A stretch of 30,609 bases of DNA from a candidate division WOR-3 bacterium (GTDB lineage Bacteria; Hydrothermota; Tepidihabitantia; Tepidihabitantales; JAOUPE01): the NCBI GenBank assembly GCA_039801565.1, contig JBDRUX010000018.1:1-30609 (forward strand), in the 5' to 3' direction. This document shows positions 1 to 9,062 of this stretch, in pieces. Position numbers and translations under genes: made by a program. The notes below the pieces were generated by a model. That model worked only from the letters and a program-made list of their open reading frames with translations, was not told the DNA's origin and searched no databases. Position 1 is the stretch's first letter. Every line of letters starts with the position of its first letter.

Positions 1-11
1 ATTGATTGAGA

Positions 12-40
12 TTGACTTTTAGAAAAAAAATCAGTATAAT
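12..40 (+). promoter_or_regulatory. sigma70-type promoter of ndk
   Basis: TTGACT (12-17), 17-bp spacer, TATAAT (35-40). Confidence 0.8.
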
Positions 41-45
41 GAAAT

Positions 46-471
46 ATTAAGATAGAAAAGACGCTTTTGGTGATAAAACCGGACGGGGTGAAAAGAAGAC
101 TCATCGGCGAAATTATCAAAAGAGTCGAAAAGGACGGATTTCGAATAATGGATATGAAATTTACTCGATTGACGCGTCGGCAAGCGAAAGAATTTTACGC
201 TGTCCATAAGGAAAAAGATTTCTTTTTGCCCTTAATTGATTTTATCACCGAAGGTCCGGTCTTGGCTTTACTTTTAGCCAGGAAGAATGCTCAAAAGCGG
301 CTTCGGGAATTAGTTGGTGCCACTAATCCAAAAAGCGCAAAACCGGGTACAATTCGTGCCGATTTTGGCACCTCAACTCGGAGAAATGTCGTTCACGCCG
401 CCAATCCGGATGAAAATCCAGAGCGTGAAATTGACTTCTTTTTTCCAAAACGAAAACCAACTACAGATTAA
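46..471 (+). CDS. ndk: Nucleoside diphosphate kinase; start probably ATT 46 or ATA 52, upstream of TTG 67
   Basis: EKTLLVIKPDG, FYAVH, GATNP, PGTIRADFG and RNVVH motifs; the reading frame is open back to a TGA at 40-42. Confidence 0.95.
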   Translation: MKIEKTLLVIKPDGVKRRLIGEIIKRVEKDGFRIMDMKFTRLTRRQAKEFYAVHKEKDFFLPLIDFITEGPVLALLLARKNAQKRLRELVGATNPKSAKPGTIRADFGTSTRRNVVHAANPDENPEREIDFFFPKRKPTTD

Positions 472-542
472 CAACAATGAGACAAATCTTCACCATCCGG
501 CTCATTGCGGTTAGCTGTGGTTATAAACATGTAGGAGGTAAA

Positions 543-3500
543 GTGAAAAAACATATCACCATATTCGCCATTAGTTATTTACTATTGGCGATTAGTCTAA
601 ATGCTGGTGTCATCACCAAGACATTGACGTTTAACCCAAACCAACTCACTCTATCCAAAGCCAATGGTTTCGATGTGCCACAACTTGCCAATTTCGCTTC
701 AATTTCTGAGGTTGGTAAACCAATTTTGCCGGAAGCGGTGTTCTATGTCTTAGTACCTGCCAACGCTACAGTGACAAAGATTGAAGTTACTCAAACCAAA
801 AGAACCGAACTGCCCGGAACATATTCAATCCATCCTGCCCAACCACCGAAACCAATATCGGCTCCAAATTCGGATGCTTTGGTTGGTCCAGACCAAGTGA
901 CTTATCAATCAGCCAAGCCTTATCCAGGTAAATTGGTTGACTTTAATTATACTGGAACCAAAAGTGGTTATCGGATTTGTGGCTTTGCCGTCTATCCTTT
1001 GCAATATGTCCCTTTGACTGGCAAACTTAGCCTTTATACCGAACTCACTTTGTCCATGACTTATGAAGAAGGAAAAGTGATACCAATGGAATTAACTCAA
1101 AACCAGAAGGAGTTATTTGCTAAAGATATTGAAGCCTTGGTTATCAATCCTGAGGATTTAGAAAAATTTGCCCCACCAGTTCGGGCTACTGATAATCCCG
1201 ATATTGACTATGTCATAATTACGGGCAATTCTTTTGTCACCAATTTCCAACCCTTAGCGGATTGGCGCACGAAAAAAGGATTTAAAACCGAAATAAAATC
1301 GGTAGATTGGATTACTGCTAATTATACTGGGCGCGACACTCAAGAGAAGATAAGAAAGTTCATTATTGATTATTTCACTAACCACGGTCTAAAATATGTC
1401 TTGCTGGCAGGCGACAATGCGATAGTTCCAGGCAGAAGGGCAAGAGCGATAGTAGGGAGTAATACTGGTAATATCCCCTGCGACCTCTACTACAGTGATT
1501 TGCAATGGTCTTGGGACGGCAATAATAATGGCATCTTTGGCGAAGCTGGCTATGATACAGTTGATTTCTTTGCTGATGTCTATGTTGGTCGGGCTTCGAT
1601 TGATAACACCAATCAGATTACAACCTTCTTGAATAAGATTAATACCTATGAAAAAAATCCGAATGCGACCTATCTCAAAAAAGCCCTGTTTCCATCAGTA
1701 ATGCTTTGGTCGTCTTCGGGTTATCATGGTCGGACTTGCAATCAAGCGATTGCTTCAATTACTCCCGCTGGTTGGCAGGACGATTCCATCATTGACCCAA
1801 CCAATACTTCACCAATGTTCAATGCGATAAATAACGGCTATCATTTCTGCCATCCGGCGGCTCATGGCGATGATGTGGGGCTATACACCGAATCTGGCCA
1901 ACCAATCTACACTACGACAACTGCTTCCGCGCAAACCAATGGTGATAAGTTGTTGATTATGAATTCTATCGCTTGTTATCCGGGTAATTTTGAAGAATCG
2001 GATTGTTTAGCCGAGGCTTTGATGAATAATGCTAATGGTGGCACAGTTGCGGTTATTATGAACTCCCGCTATGGTTGGGGAACCCCACCATCAATGGGTC
2101 CTTCGGAGTTGCTTGACATTCGGTTTTATGACTTCTTTTTCAACTATGATTCGATTGAAATCGGAGTTGCCCATGCTCGTTCCAAAGATTACTATGCCTA
2201 TCAAGCCCAATCCCAGGGTGTTTGGCGTTGGTGTGTATTTGAACTAAATCTATTTGGCGACCCAGAGATGCCGATGTGGTCGGATGTGCCACAAACGATA
2301 ACCGTTACCAATCCAGATACGGTTGAAACTGGTGCCCGCGCTTTATCGGTTACAGTTATGAGTGGTGGTTCACCAGTTGCCAATGCCTTGGTCTGTGCCT
2401 ACAAACCGGGTGAAGTCTTTGCCAAAGGACGAACCAATAGTTCGGGACAGGTGAGTTTAACAATTAATGCCATTACCCCCGGCACAATGTATCTTACGGT
2501 AACGGGTAAGAATCGTCTGCCGGTAGAAAAGACGATTGTAGTGATTATGGGCACGGCTCAACCTTTTATCACATTCCATAGTCTGACGATTGACGACGCC
2601 GGACAAGCCAATCCTAATAATCGAATTGACCCCGGAGAAACGGTGAATTTAATCGTGACCTTAAGAAATATTGGTACCCAAGATGCAACTAATGTGGTAG
2701 GGACATTGCGCACTGATAGTCCTTATATTACTTTAATTGATTCGACTGCCAATTATGGAACAATTGTCCAAAATGATACGGCAAGGGGCGATGTTTACCG
2801 ACTTACTGCATCGGCTTCAACACCACCGGGCACCAATGTCAGTTTTACCCTAAATGTTGTTGCCGACCAAGGAATTTGGCAACCGAATTTTTCGACACAA
2901 ATTGGCGAACCACCGCAACCAGGAATGATTATTGCTGACCACGATACCGGTTATTGTAAACTGACCGTGACTGCGCTTGGTTCGATTGGGTTTGATGAGC
3001 CACCATCCGAAATTGGTTCTGGCTTCTGCTATCCCAAGAATTCAACCAGCCAACTATTTTTTGGCAGCTTGATGGCAGGCAATGCTACCAACTATGTTGT
3101 TGACCGATTCTATGGTGTTCCAGCCAGTAATCTCAATTACGACTGGCGAGTAGTTGATAGTTTGCGGTTTACCATTCCGCCGCTTAATGGTGATGAGCAA
3201 ATCCAAGGTTCTTTTAACGATGCCGGACATTCGACACCGAAAGGACTCAAGGTCTATCAAAAGAGTTTTGCTAATGCCAGTAGTGGTTACGATGATTTTG
3301 TGGTACTGGTTTATCGTTTAGTCAATACTGGTAGTAATGCTATCAATAATCTATATGCTGGAATAATTTGTGATTTTGATATACCCAGTGCTCCGGATGA
3401 CGATGTTGCTGGCACGAATTCAGCCCGGCGCGCCGCTTATATGCGAAATGGTTCATCGCAAAACCCAACGGTTGGAATTAAATTGTTATCACCGACAATG

Positions 3501-4067
3501 AGTGCCAATTTGACAGTGGTTGACCATGACCTATATGTTTATCCTTCATCGCAGATGACCGAGCAGACCAAATTCCAACTCTTAAACGGACAGATTTCCC
3601 AAAGTTCCAGCAATCGCAATTATGACTGGTCAGTTGTCGTTTCGGCCGGTCCGTTCAATCTGGGACCAGGGGCAGAGCAGGTTGTGGCTTTTGCGATTCT
3701 TGGTGGTTCGAGCGAAGCCGATTTCTTGGTTAATTGCGATAGCGCGCAGAGCTGGTATGACAATTATGTTGGAATTGCTGAAGAAGCAAGCCGTCAACCC
3801 GAAATTAATCTTTCTGGTATTGTAATTCATCCCAACCCATTTGCCCGTTCGATAAAGATTGCTTACGAACTACCACGTACTGGATATCTAAAGATTATGG
3901 CTTATGATGCAACAGGTCGGCAAGTTGCGACGATTATTGACCAAGAACTGACAGTAACGAAAGGCGCTATTACTTGGACGCCAAACGATTTGCCTTCCGG
4001 AGTGTATATCTTACGGATTGCGACACCTGACCGTTCGGTTATGCAAAAAGTGATGCTCTTGCGTTAA
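543..4067 (+). CDS. C25 (gingipain-family) cysteine peptidase with propeptide, Ig-like domains and a T9SS-type C-terminal domain
   Basis: SD AGGAGG before GTG 543; signal peptide; YVLLAGD, CDLYYSDL, VGR, AAHG (His), SIAC (Cys) and NLFGDP motifs; C-terminal HPNPF...LPSGVYIL...KV. Confidence 0.9.
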   Translation: MKKHITIFAISYLLLAISLNAGVITKTLTFNPNQLTLSKANGFDVPQLANFASISEVGKPILPEAVFYVLVPANATVTKIEVTQTKRTELPGTYSIHPAQPPKPISAPNSDALVGPDQVTYQSAKPYPGKLVDFNYTGTKSGYRICGFAVYPLQYVPLTGKLSLYTELTLSMTYEEGKVIPMELTQNQKELFAKDIEALVINPEDLEKFAPPVRATDNPDIDYVIITGNSFVTNFQPLADWRTKKGFKTEIKSVDWITANYTGRDTQEKIRKFIIDYFTNHGLKYVLLAGDNAIVPGRRARAIVGSNTGNIPCDLYYSDLQWSWDGNNNGIFGEAGYDTVDFFADVYVGRASIDNTNQITTFLNKINTYEKNPNATYLKKALFPSVMLWSSSGYHGRTCNQAIASITPAGWQDDSIIDPTNTSPMFNAINNGYHFCHPAAHGDDVGLYTESGQPIYTTTTASAQTNGDKLLIMNSIACYPGNFEESDCLAEALMNNANGGTVAVIMNSRYGWGTPPSMGPSELLDIRFYDFFFNYDSIEIGVAHARSKDYYAYQAQSQGVWRWCVFELNLFGDPEMPMWSDVPQTITVTNPDTVETGARALSVTVMSGGSPVANALVCAYKPGEVFAKGRTNSSGQVSLTINAITPGTMYLTVTGKNRLPVEKTIVVIMGTAQPFITFHSLTIDDAGQANPNNRIDPGETVNLIVTLRNIGTQDATNVVGTLRTDSPYITLIDSTANYGTIVQNDTARGDVYRLTASASTPPGTNVSFTLNVVADQGIWQPNFSTQIGEPPQPGMIIADHDTGYCKLTVTALGSIGFDEPPSEIGSGFCYPKNSTSQLFFGSLMAGNATNYVVDRFYGVPASNLNYDWRVVDSLRFTIPPLNGDEQIQGSFNDAGHSTPKGLKVYQKSFANASSGYDDFVVLVYRLVNTGSNAINNLYAGIICDFDIPSAPDDDVAGTNSARRAAYMRNGSSQNPTVGIKLLSPTMSANLTVVDHDLYVYPSSQMTEQTKFQLLNGQISQSSSNRNYDWSVVVSAGPFNLGPGAEQVVAFAILGGSSEADFLVNCDSAQSWYDNYVGIAEEASRQPEINLSGIVIHPNPFARSIKIAYELPRTGYLKIMAYDATGRQVATIIDQELTVTKGAITWTPNDLPSGVYILRIATPDRSVMQKVMLLR

Positions 4068-4085
4068 GCAAATAACCAATTTGAT

Positions 4086-4121
4086 AGGGGACAGGATTAA
4101 AATTCTGTCCCCTTTTTCTTT
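4086..4121 (+). terminator. Intrinsic terminator
   Basis: AGGGGACAG...CTGTCCCCT stem followed by a T-tract. Confidence 0.85.
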
Positions 4122-4142
4122 AATACCAACCCAATTTATTCA

Positions 4143-4170
4143 TTGACATAATGTTTTGTGGAATTAATAT
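4143..4170 (+). promoter_or_regulatory. sigma70-type promoter
   Basis: TTGACA-N16-TAATAT. Confidence 0.65.
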
Positions 4171-4253
4171 GTTTTTATCAGGATGTGTTATGAAATGCAT
4201 TTTGTTTTCAATCATTTCCCAGTCTGCTTTTTAGCCGGAAATAGGAGGTAAAT

Positions 4254-4676
4254 ATGGATAGCCAAAAGATTGTCTCAATTATGAAAGCAAACTCGCCGGC
4301 TTATCTTGCAACGGTTGACGGCGAGTTGCCTCAAGTCCGTCCAGTCTCGCCCATTATCGAAGATGATATGTCAATCTGGATTACAACCTTCAGCACCTCA
4401 AGAAAAGTGAAACAGATAAAACAAAATCCGAAATGTTGTCTGGCATTTGTTGAACCACCAAACGGTGATAAAGCGGTATTTGTCAACGGCGAAGCCGAAA
4501 TAATCAGTGATTTGAATATAAAGAAGAAAGTTTGGAACTTGGCGCAGTTCAATCTTTTTGAATATTTCCCCAAAGGTCCGGAATCGGAAGAATATTGCTT
4601 ATTAAAAATCAAGATAAGAAGAATCGAGTGGTGGGATAGCTGGGAAGAAGGCAGAAAAGTTTATGAACCAAAATGA
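4254..4676 (+). CDS. Pyridoxamine 5'-phosphate oxidase-family (FMN split-barrel, general stress protein 26-like) protein
   Basis: YLATVDG..PQVRP, SRKVKQIKQNP and YFPKGP motifs; SD AGGAGGT. Confidence 0.85.
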   Translation: MDSQKIVSIMKANSPAYLATVDGELPQVRPVSPIIEDDMSIWITTFSTSRKVKQIKQNPKCCLAFVEPPNGDKAVFVNGEAEIISDLNIKKKVWNLAQFNLFEYFPKGPESEEYCLLKIKIRRIEWWDSWEEGRKVYEPK

Positions 4677-4719
4677 AAGTATTTTGTCAAGAAAATCAAA
4701 TTTTGATTCTCAAAAAAAG

Positions 4720-5186
4720 AAAGGACAAAGATGGTGAACCAGTTCAGAATGCCTTAGTATGTGTAATGATGGATAGCACAATTTATCAATACGGAACTAC
4801 CGATAGCCTTGGTCAAATAACTTTTACCATCGTTCCTCAACATACTGGCGTACTACATATTACATATTACTGTTACTGGTCACAATTATTTTCCTTATGA
4901 AAGCACAGTTAATGTGCTACCGGTTGGTATTAATGAAACTTTTAACTCATTACGCTCGATGCTACAAATTTACCCAAATCCGGCAAGGTCGGTTCTCGCT
5001 CTTCGCATACCACAATCCACTGACCGCCAAGCGATAAGTATCTTTGATGTGTCAGGAGAAGTGATAAAGGAGGCTGTGTCACTTCGCAATGACCGAGAAA
5101 TAAAAATCGCGCTGAAAGGAATCAATCCAGGAGTTTATTTCTTAAGGGTTGGTAGGAAGATTACAAAGTTTATAGTCGTGAGATAA
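4720..5186 (+). pseudogene. 5'-truncated, frameshifted remnant of a C25-like secreted protein (Ig domain plus CTD)
   Basis: PVQNALVC...GTTDSLGQIT resembles PVANALVC...GRTNSSGQVS of the upstream C25 gene; removing a 7-bp duplication (4856-4869) fuses ORFs 4673 and 4914; ends YPNP...PGVYFL...KFIV. Confidence 0.75.
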
Positions 5187-5291
5187 GTTGTAGCAGTGCG
5201 ATTTATTGGATGCGAATGCCACGATGAGAGAAAGAAAGCGGATGAGAAGTATGCGGTCAAAGACCTAACCGAGTGTCCCTTTTGACTTGAA

Positions 5292-5495
5292 AGCCAGCCA
5301 ATAAGCCAACTTCTAAGCCAACTGCCTTGCCTTACCACCTGCTGACTTACGAGTTAACCTACCTGCTGGCTTTTTCACCCACCCAATAGCTAACCTTAAG
5401 GGCAGACTCATTGGCTAGCCCAATCTCTACCCCCAGCACTACTCCCTACACGGCATAGAAGGTAGCCAGGGGGCTAGCCCTAGGCTAGCCCTTAC
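5292..5495. repeat. Degenerate low-complexity tract with 12-nt (4-nt sub-) periodicity
   Basis: agccagccaata/agccaacttcta/agccaactgcct...; GGCTAGCCC occurs three times near the right end. Confidence 0.5.
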
Positions 5496-5589
5496 TAACT
5501 TGTCAAGAGATTTTTGTCTTTAAATATCAATGAGATAGCTATAATCGCGCTTCGTAATTAAAAAGTACGGTCAAATTGAAAATCTAATC

Positions 5590-5617
5590 TTGACTTTAAG
5601 GCGAAATTAAATATAAT
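5590..5617 (+). promoter_or_regulatory. gdhA promoter
   Basis: TTGACT-N16-TATAAT. Confidence 0.8.
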
Positions 5618-5765
5618 GCCACCATCTTATTATACTTTGAGAGTTTACCTAAAGAACTGACTGAATTGTCAGAAATCAACTTTATTTTCTTGCTCAATTC
5701 CGCGAAAAGCGGATTTGTTTATGGTTCATCAGTTGATGAAACAAAAAGTTATAAGGAGGAATGAG

Positions 5766-7034
5766 ATGGCAAAAGAAGAAAAACCAAATCCATTCAAGAT
5801 TGCCCAGGCGCAACTTGATGAAGCAGCTCAGTTACTTGGCTTAGACGAAGCCACCCATATGGCTCTGCGGTGGCCGATGCGCGAACTCCATGTGTTACTA
5901 CCAGTGCGAATGGATAACGGTAAAGTGAAAGTCTTTCAAGGATTTCGGGTTCAATACAACGATGCCCGCGGTCCCTGTAAAGGTGGCATCCGTTATCACC
6001 CTGAGGAGACGATTGATACGGTTCGAGCTTTGGCGGCTTGGATGACCTGGAAGACTGCAGTTGTGGATATCCCACTCGGTGGGGGCAAAGGTGGTATCGT
6101 TTGTAACCCAAAGGAGATGAGCCAAGGTGAACTGGAAAGATTGAGCCGACAATATATCAAACAGGTTGGCCGAATGCTCGGTATTGATAAAGACTGCCCA
6201 GCCCCTGATGTCTATACTACCCCGCAAATTATGGCTTGGATGATGGATGAGTTCTATTGGCTAAAAGGCTATAATGAGTTTGGAATGATTACTGGTAAAC
6301 CGGTGGCATTAGGTGGTTCGTTAGGTCGAAATGACGCCACTGCGCGCGGCGGTATCTATACGGTGCGCGAAGCCTGTAAACATTTAGGCATTGACCCCGC
6401 CAAGGCAACTTATGCCATTCAAGGATTCGGCAACGCCGGTCAATTCGCCGCTACCCTTCATAAAGAGATATTAGGTGGTGGTAAATTGGTGGCAGTGAGT
6501 GACTCCCGGGGTGGTATCTTCTGCCAAGATGGTATCGACCCCTCTGCCATCGTTGAGCATAAATTGAAGACCGGTAAGGTTGAGGGATTCCCTAATACGA
6601 AACCAATTACGAATGAAGCACTCTTAGAACTTGAGGTAGACGTGCTCTATCCTGCCGCCTTAGAGAATGTTATTACTGAGAAGAATGCGAAAAATATCAA
6701 GGCGAAAATTAGTTGCGAGTTGGCAAATGGTCCAACTACTCCGGAGGCCGATAAAATCTTAACCGAAAAGGGTGTCTTTGTTATTCCTGACTTTTTAGCC
6801 AATGCTGGCGGGGTTACGGTCTCTTATTTTGAAATGGTTCAAAATGCTTATAACTACTATTGGGACCTAAAAACGGTGCACGAACGGCTTGATGCCAAAA
6901 TGACGAAAGCATTCTCGGATGTGTTAAATACCTACCAAGAATACAAAAAGAAAAAGATTCCTATGCGGACTGCTGCCTATTTAGTTGCGGTAAAACGAGT
7001 GGCTGAGGCGATGAAACTGCGCGGCTGGGTCTAA
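5766..7034 (+). CDS. gdhA: Glu/Leu/Phe/Val dehydrogenase family, most likely glutamate dehydrogenase
   Basis: RGPCKGGIRYHP, MTWK, GGGKGG, PAPDV, ITGKP, QGFGNAG and NAGGVTVSYFE; SD AGGAGG before ATG 5766. Confidence 0.92.
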   Translation: MAKEEKPNPFKIAQAQLDEAAQLLGLDEATHMALRWPMRELHVLLPVRMDNGKVKVFQGFRVQYNDARGPCKGGIRYHPEETIDTVRALAAWMTWKTAVVDIPLGGGKGGIVCNPKEMSQGELERLSRQYIKQVGRMLGIDKDCPAPDVYTTPQIMAWMMDEFYWLKGYNEFGMITGKPVALGGSLGRNDATARGGIYTVREACKHLGIDPAKATYAIQGFGNAGQFAATLHKEILGGGKLVAVSDSRGGIFCQDGIDPSAIVEHKLKTGKVEGFPNTKPITNEALLELEVDVLYPAALENVITEKNAKNIKAKISCELANGPTTPEADKILTEKGVFVIPDFLANAGGVTVSYFEMVQNAYNYYWDLKTVHERLDAKMTKAFSDVLNTYQEYKKKKIPMRTAAYLVAVKRVAEAMKLRGWV

Positions 7035-7047
7035 GTTAATTAAACTT

Positions 7048-7093
7048 AATCCGCCTTAGTAGCTATTCTAAGTCCCTAAGGCGGATTTTTTTT
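7048..7093. terminator. Terminator hairpin between convergent gdhA and nadC
   Basis: AATCCGCCTTAG...CTAAGGCGGATT followed by a T-run. Confidence 0.8.
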
Positions 7094-7098
7094 ATTAG

Positions 7099-7929
7099 CT
7101 AAGAAATAATTTGCAGTGATATATCTAATGCCTTTGCCGAATGGGTTAATGCCCCAATTGAAATATAGTCAACACCGGTTTGAGCAATCTTACGGACATT
7201 TTTCAGATTAATTCCACCTGATGCCTCAAATTTCGCTTTGCCCAATTTTACTGCCGAACGCATCTCAGCAATACTCATATTATCCAGCATAATCATTGGA
7301 CAATTTAAGGCTAAAGCGGTTTTCACTTCGTCTAAATTCTTGGCTTCGACCTCGAACCTTAATCCCCTGCGATTTCCGGCTTTCACCCGATTGACGGCTT
7401 GGACAATACTACCAGCCACTTTGCTATGATTTGATTTAATAAGAATCATATCATAAAGTCCAAGGCGATGGTTCTCACCGCCACCAACCTTCACCGCATA
7501 CTTTTCTAAGATGCGTAGCCCAGGAATTGTTTTTCTGGTATCAAGGATTTTGACTTTTGTCCCTTTGACCGCTTGAACAAATTGATTGGTTAAAGTAGCA
7601 ATGCCGGAAAGGTGTTGTAAAAAGTTTAAAGCGGTACGTTCCGCGATCAGTATTGAACTTGCCTTGCCTTGAATTGAGGCGATGATGGTGTTGGGTCGAA
7701 GCCGGTCGCCATCGCGCTTCATTGGCGTGAACCTTAAAGTCTTATCAACTGCGTGAAAGACCTGCTTGGCGACATCAATACCAGCCAGAATTCCTTTGGC
7801 TTTGGCAATAATCACTGCCTTGACCTTAACTTTTTTTGGCACAACTAATTTAGTCGTAATGTCACCAGTGCCAATATCTTCTTTTAAGGCAATTTTAATT
7901 AAATCCCTTATCAGTTTGCCCCGCGTCAT
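7099..7929 (-). CDS. nadC: Nicotinate-nucleotide pyrophosphorylase (quinolinate phosphoribosyltransferase)
   Basis: EDIGTGDIT, ERTALN, DTRKT, NHRLGL, MLDN, EASGG and GALTHS; ATGA overlap with asd. Confidence 0.95.
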   Translation of the reverse strand: MTRGKLIRDLIKIALKEDIGTGDITTKLVVPKKVKVKAVIIAKAKGILAGIDVAKQVFHAVDKTLRFTPMKRDGDRLRPNTIIASIQGKASSILIAERTALNFLQHLSGIATLTNQFVQAVKGTKVKILDTRKTIPGLRILEKYAVKVGGGENHRLGLYDMILIKSNHSKVAGSIVQAVNRVKAGNRRGLRFEVEAKNLDEVKTALALNCPMIMLDNMSIAEMRSAVKLGKAKFEASGGINLKNVRKIAQTGVDYISIGALTHSAKALDISLQIIS

Positions 7930-8915
7930 CGTTTCAAGACCAATTCAGCAATTTGCACGGCGTTGGTCGCTGCTCCTTTCCGTAAGTTGTCGGCAACAAT
8001 CCAAAGGCTAAGACTATTTTCATTTTCTAAATGGCGTCGAATCCTGCCAACCAGCACATCGTCTCTACCCACAACATCAATTGGCATTGGATATTCTTTG
8101 CCAGAATAAACTTTTATTCCCGGCGCTTTTTTCAAAATTGTTATTGCTTCTTCAACTGATATCTTATGGTCGAAAGTGATATCTACTGCCTGCGAATGGC
8201 CAATAAAGACTGGTACTCGGACACAGGTAGCAGTGATTGATAAGTTTGGTTGGTTTAATATCTTTTTGGTCTCGAAGATTATTTTTTTCTCTTCAGCGGT
8301 GTAGCCATCTTTGCCAATTTCACCAATCTGGGGAATTAGATTGGCACCAATTGGGTGAAGCAAGGGGGTATTATCATTAAGACTCGTATCACCAACCGCA
8401 ATTTTTTCGATTTCATATTGCAACTGGTTAAAGGCTTCACTACCAGCACCGGAAACCGATTGCAAACTGGTTATGATAATATGATTAATCTTTCCCAATT
8501 TTTGTAACGGAGCCAGTACAACTACTAACTGAATGGTTGAGCAATTTGGGCTGGCGATGATATTCTTATGATGAAGACAGGCTTCGGGATTTACCTCAGG
8601 GACTACTAAGGGAACATCTTCCTCTAACCGAAAGGCTGAGGATTTATCAATGACCAGGCAATGTTTTTTGGCTTTGGGGACAAATTCTTTAGCGATTTTT
8701 TCATCAACTGCGAAAAAAGCAAGGTCTAAGCTGGAAAAATCGGCTTCGGATAATGGTCGCACTTCAAATTCTTGGTTTTTGAATATTAACTTTCCACCGA
8801 CACTCTTTTCCGAAGCAAAAAGTTTTAATTCGCTAACCGGAAATTCTCTTTGTTCTAAGACTTCGATGATTCTCTTGCCGACCAGTCCGGTGGCGCCAAT
8901 AATTGCAATTTTCAC
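7926..8915 (-). CDS. asd: Aspartate-semialdehyde dehydrogenase (likely GTG start at 8915)
   Basis: GATGLVG, PLVVPEVN, PNCST, QSVSGAG, TCVRVPVFIGHS and DNLRKGAA. Confidence 0.95.
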   Translation of the reverse strand: MKIAIIGATGLVGKRIIEVLEQREFPVSELKLFASEKSVGGKLIFKNQEFEVRPLSEADFSSLDLAFFAVDEKIAKEFVPKAKKHCLVIDKSSAFRLEEDVPLVVPEVNPEACLHHKNIIASPNCSTIQLVVVLAPLQKLGKINHIIITSLQSVSGAGSEAFNQLQYEIEKIAVGDTSLNDNTPLLHPIGANLIPQIGEIGKDGYTAEEKKIIFETKKILNQPNLSITATCVRVPVFIGHSQAVDITFDHKISVEEAITILKKAPGIKVYSGKEYPMPIDVVGRDDVLVGRIRRHLENENSLSLWIVADNLRKGAATNAVQIAELVLKR

Positions 8916-8926
8916 CGTGCTAATAG

Positions 8927-8954
8927 ATTGTAGAAACAATTTTAAACTTGTCAA
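8927..8954 (-). promoter_or_regulatory. asd promoter
   Basis: TTGACA-N16-TACAAT on the minus strand. Confidence 0.75.
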
Positions 8955-8992
8955 GCAGTTCTTTTCTTAACAAATCTTACAGCAACATTTTC

Positions 8993-9020
8993 TTGACTTA
9001 TTCAGATTTTATTGTAATTT
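8993..9020 (+). promoter_or_regulatory. Promoter of the DUF3078-like/mscL unit
   Basis: TTGACT-N16-TAATTT. Confidence 0.6.
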
Positions 9021-9062
9021 ATAGTCACAAAGAAGCAATAGTGTTTTTAAAAGGAGGTCGTA

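Noticed and set aside
477..542. Longest-ORF N-terminal extensions (C25 477, gdhA 5715, asd 8954, pdp 16932, queF 16890, purQ 21383, lptG 22630)
   Set aside because: They overlap promoters or precede clear SD sites, and family similarity begins at the downstream starts.
4190..4234. 14-codon uORF MKCILFSIISQSAF
   Set aside because: Weak SD, no amino-acid run and no attenuator seen.
5135..5338. Minus-strand 67-aa ORF with SWL/GWL repeats
   Set aside because: It is a by-product of the 12-nt periodic tract, lacks an SD and has a stop just upstream.
5292..5495. Possible CRISPR array or DGR template
   Set aside because: There are no identical repeats with unique spacers, no cas or RT gene, and I found no A-specific mismatch pair.
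5479..5506. Minus-strand TTGACA at 5506-5501 as a promoter for the periodic tract
   Set aside because: No TANNNT box at 16-17 bp spacing.
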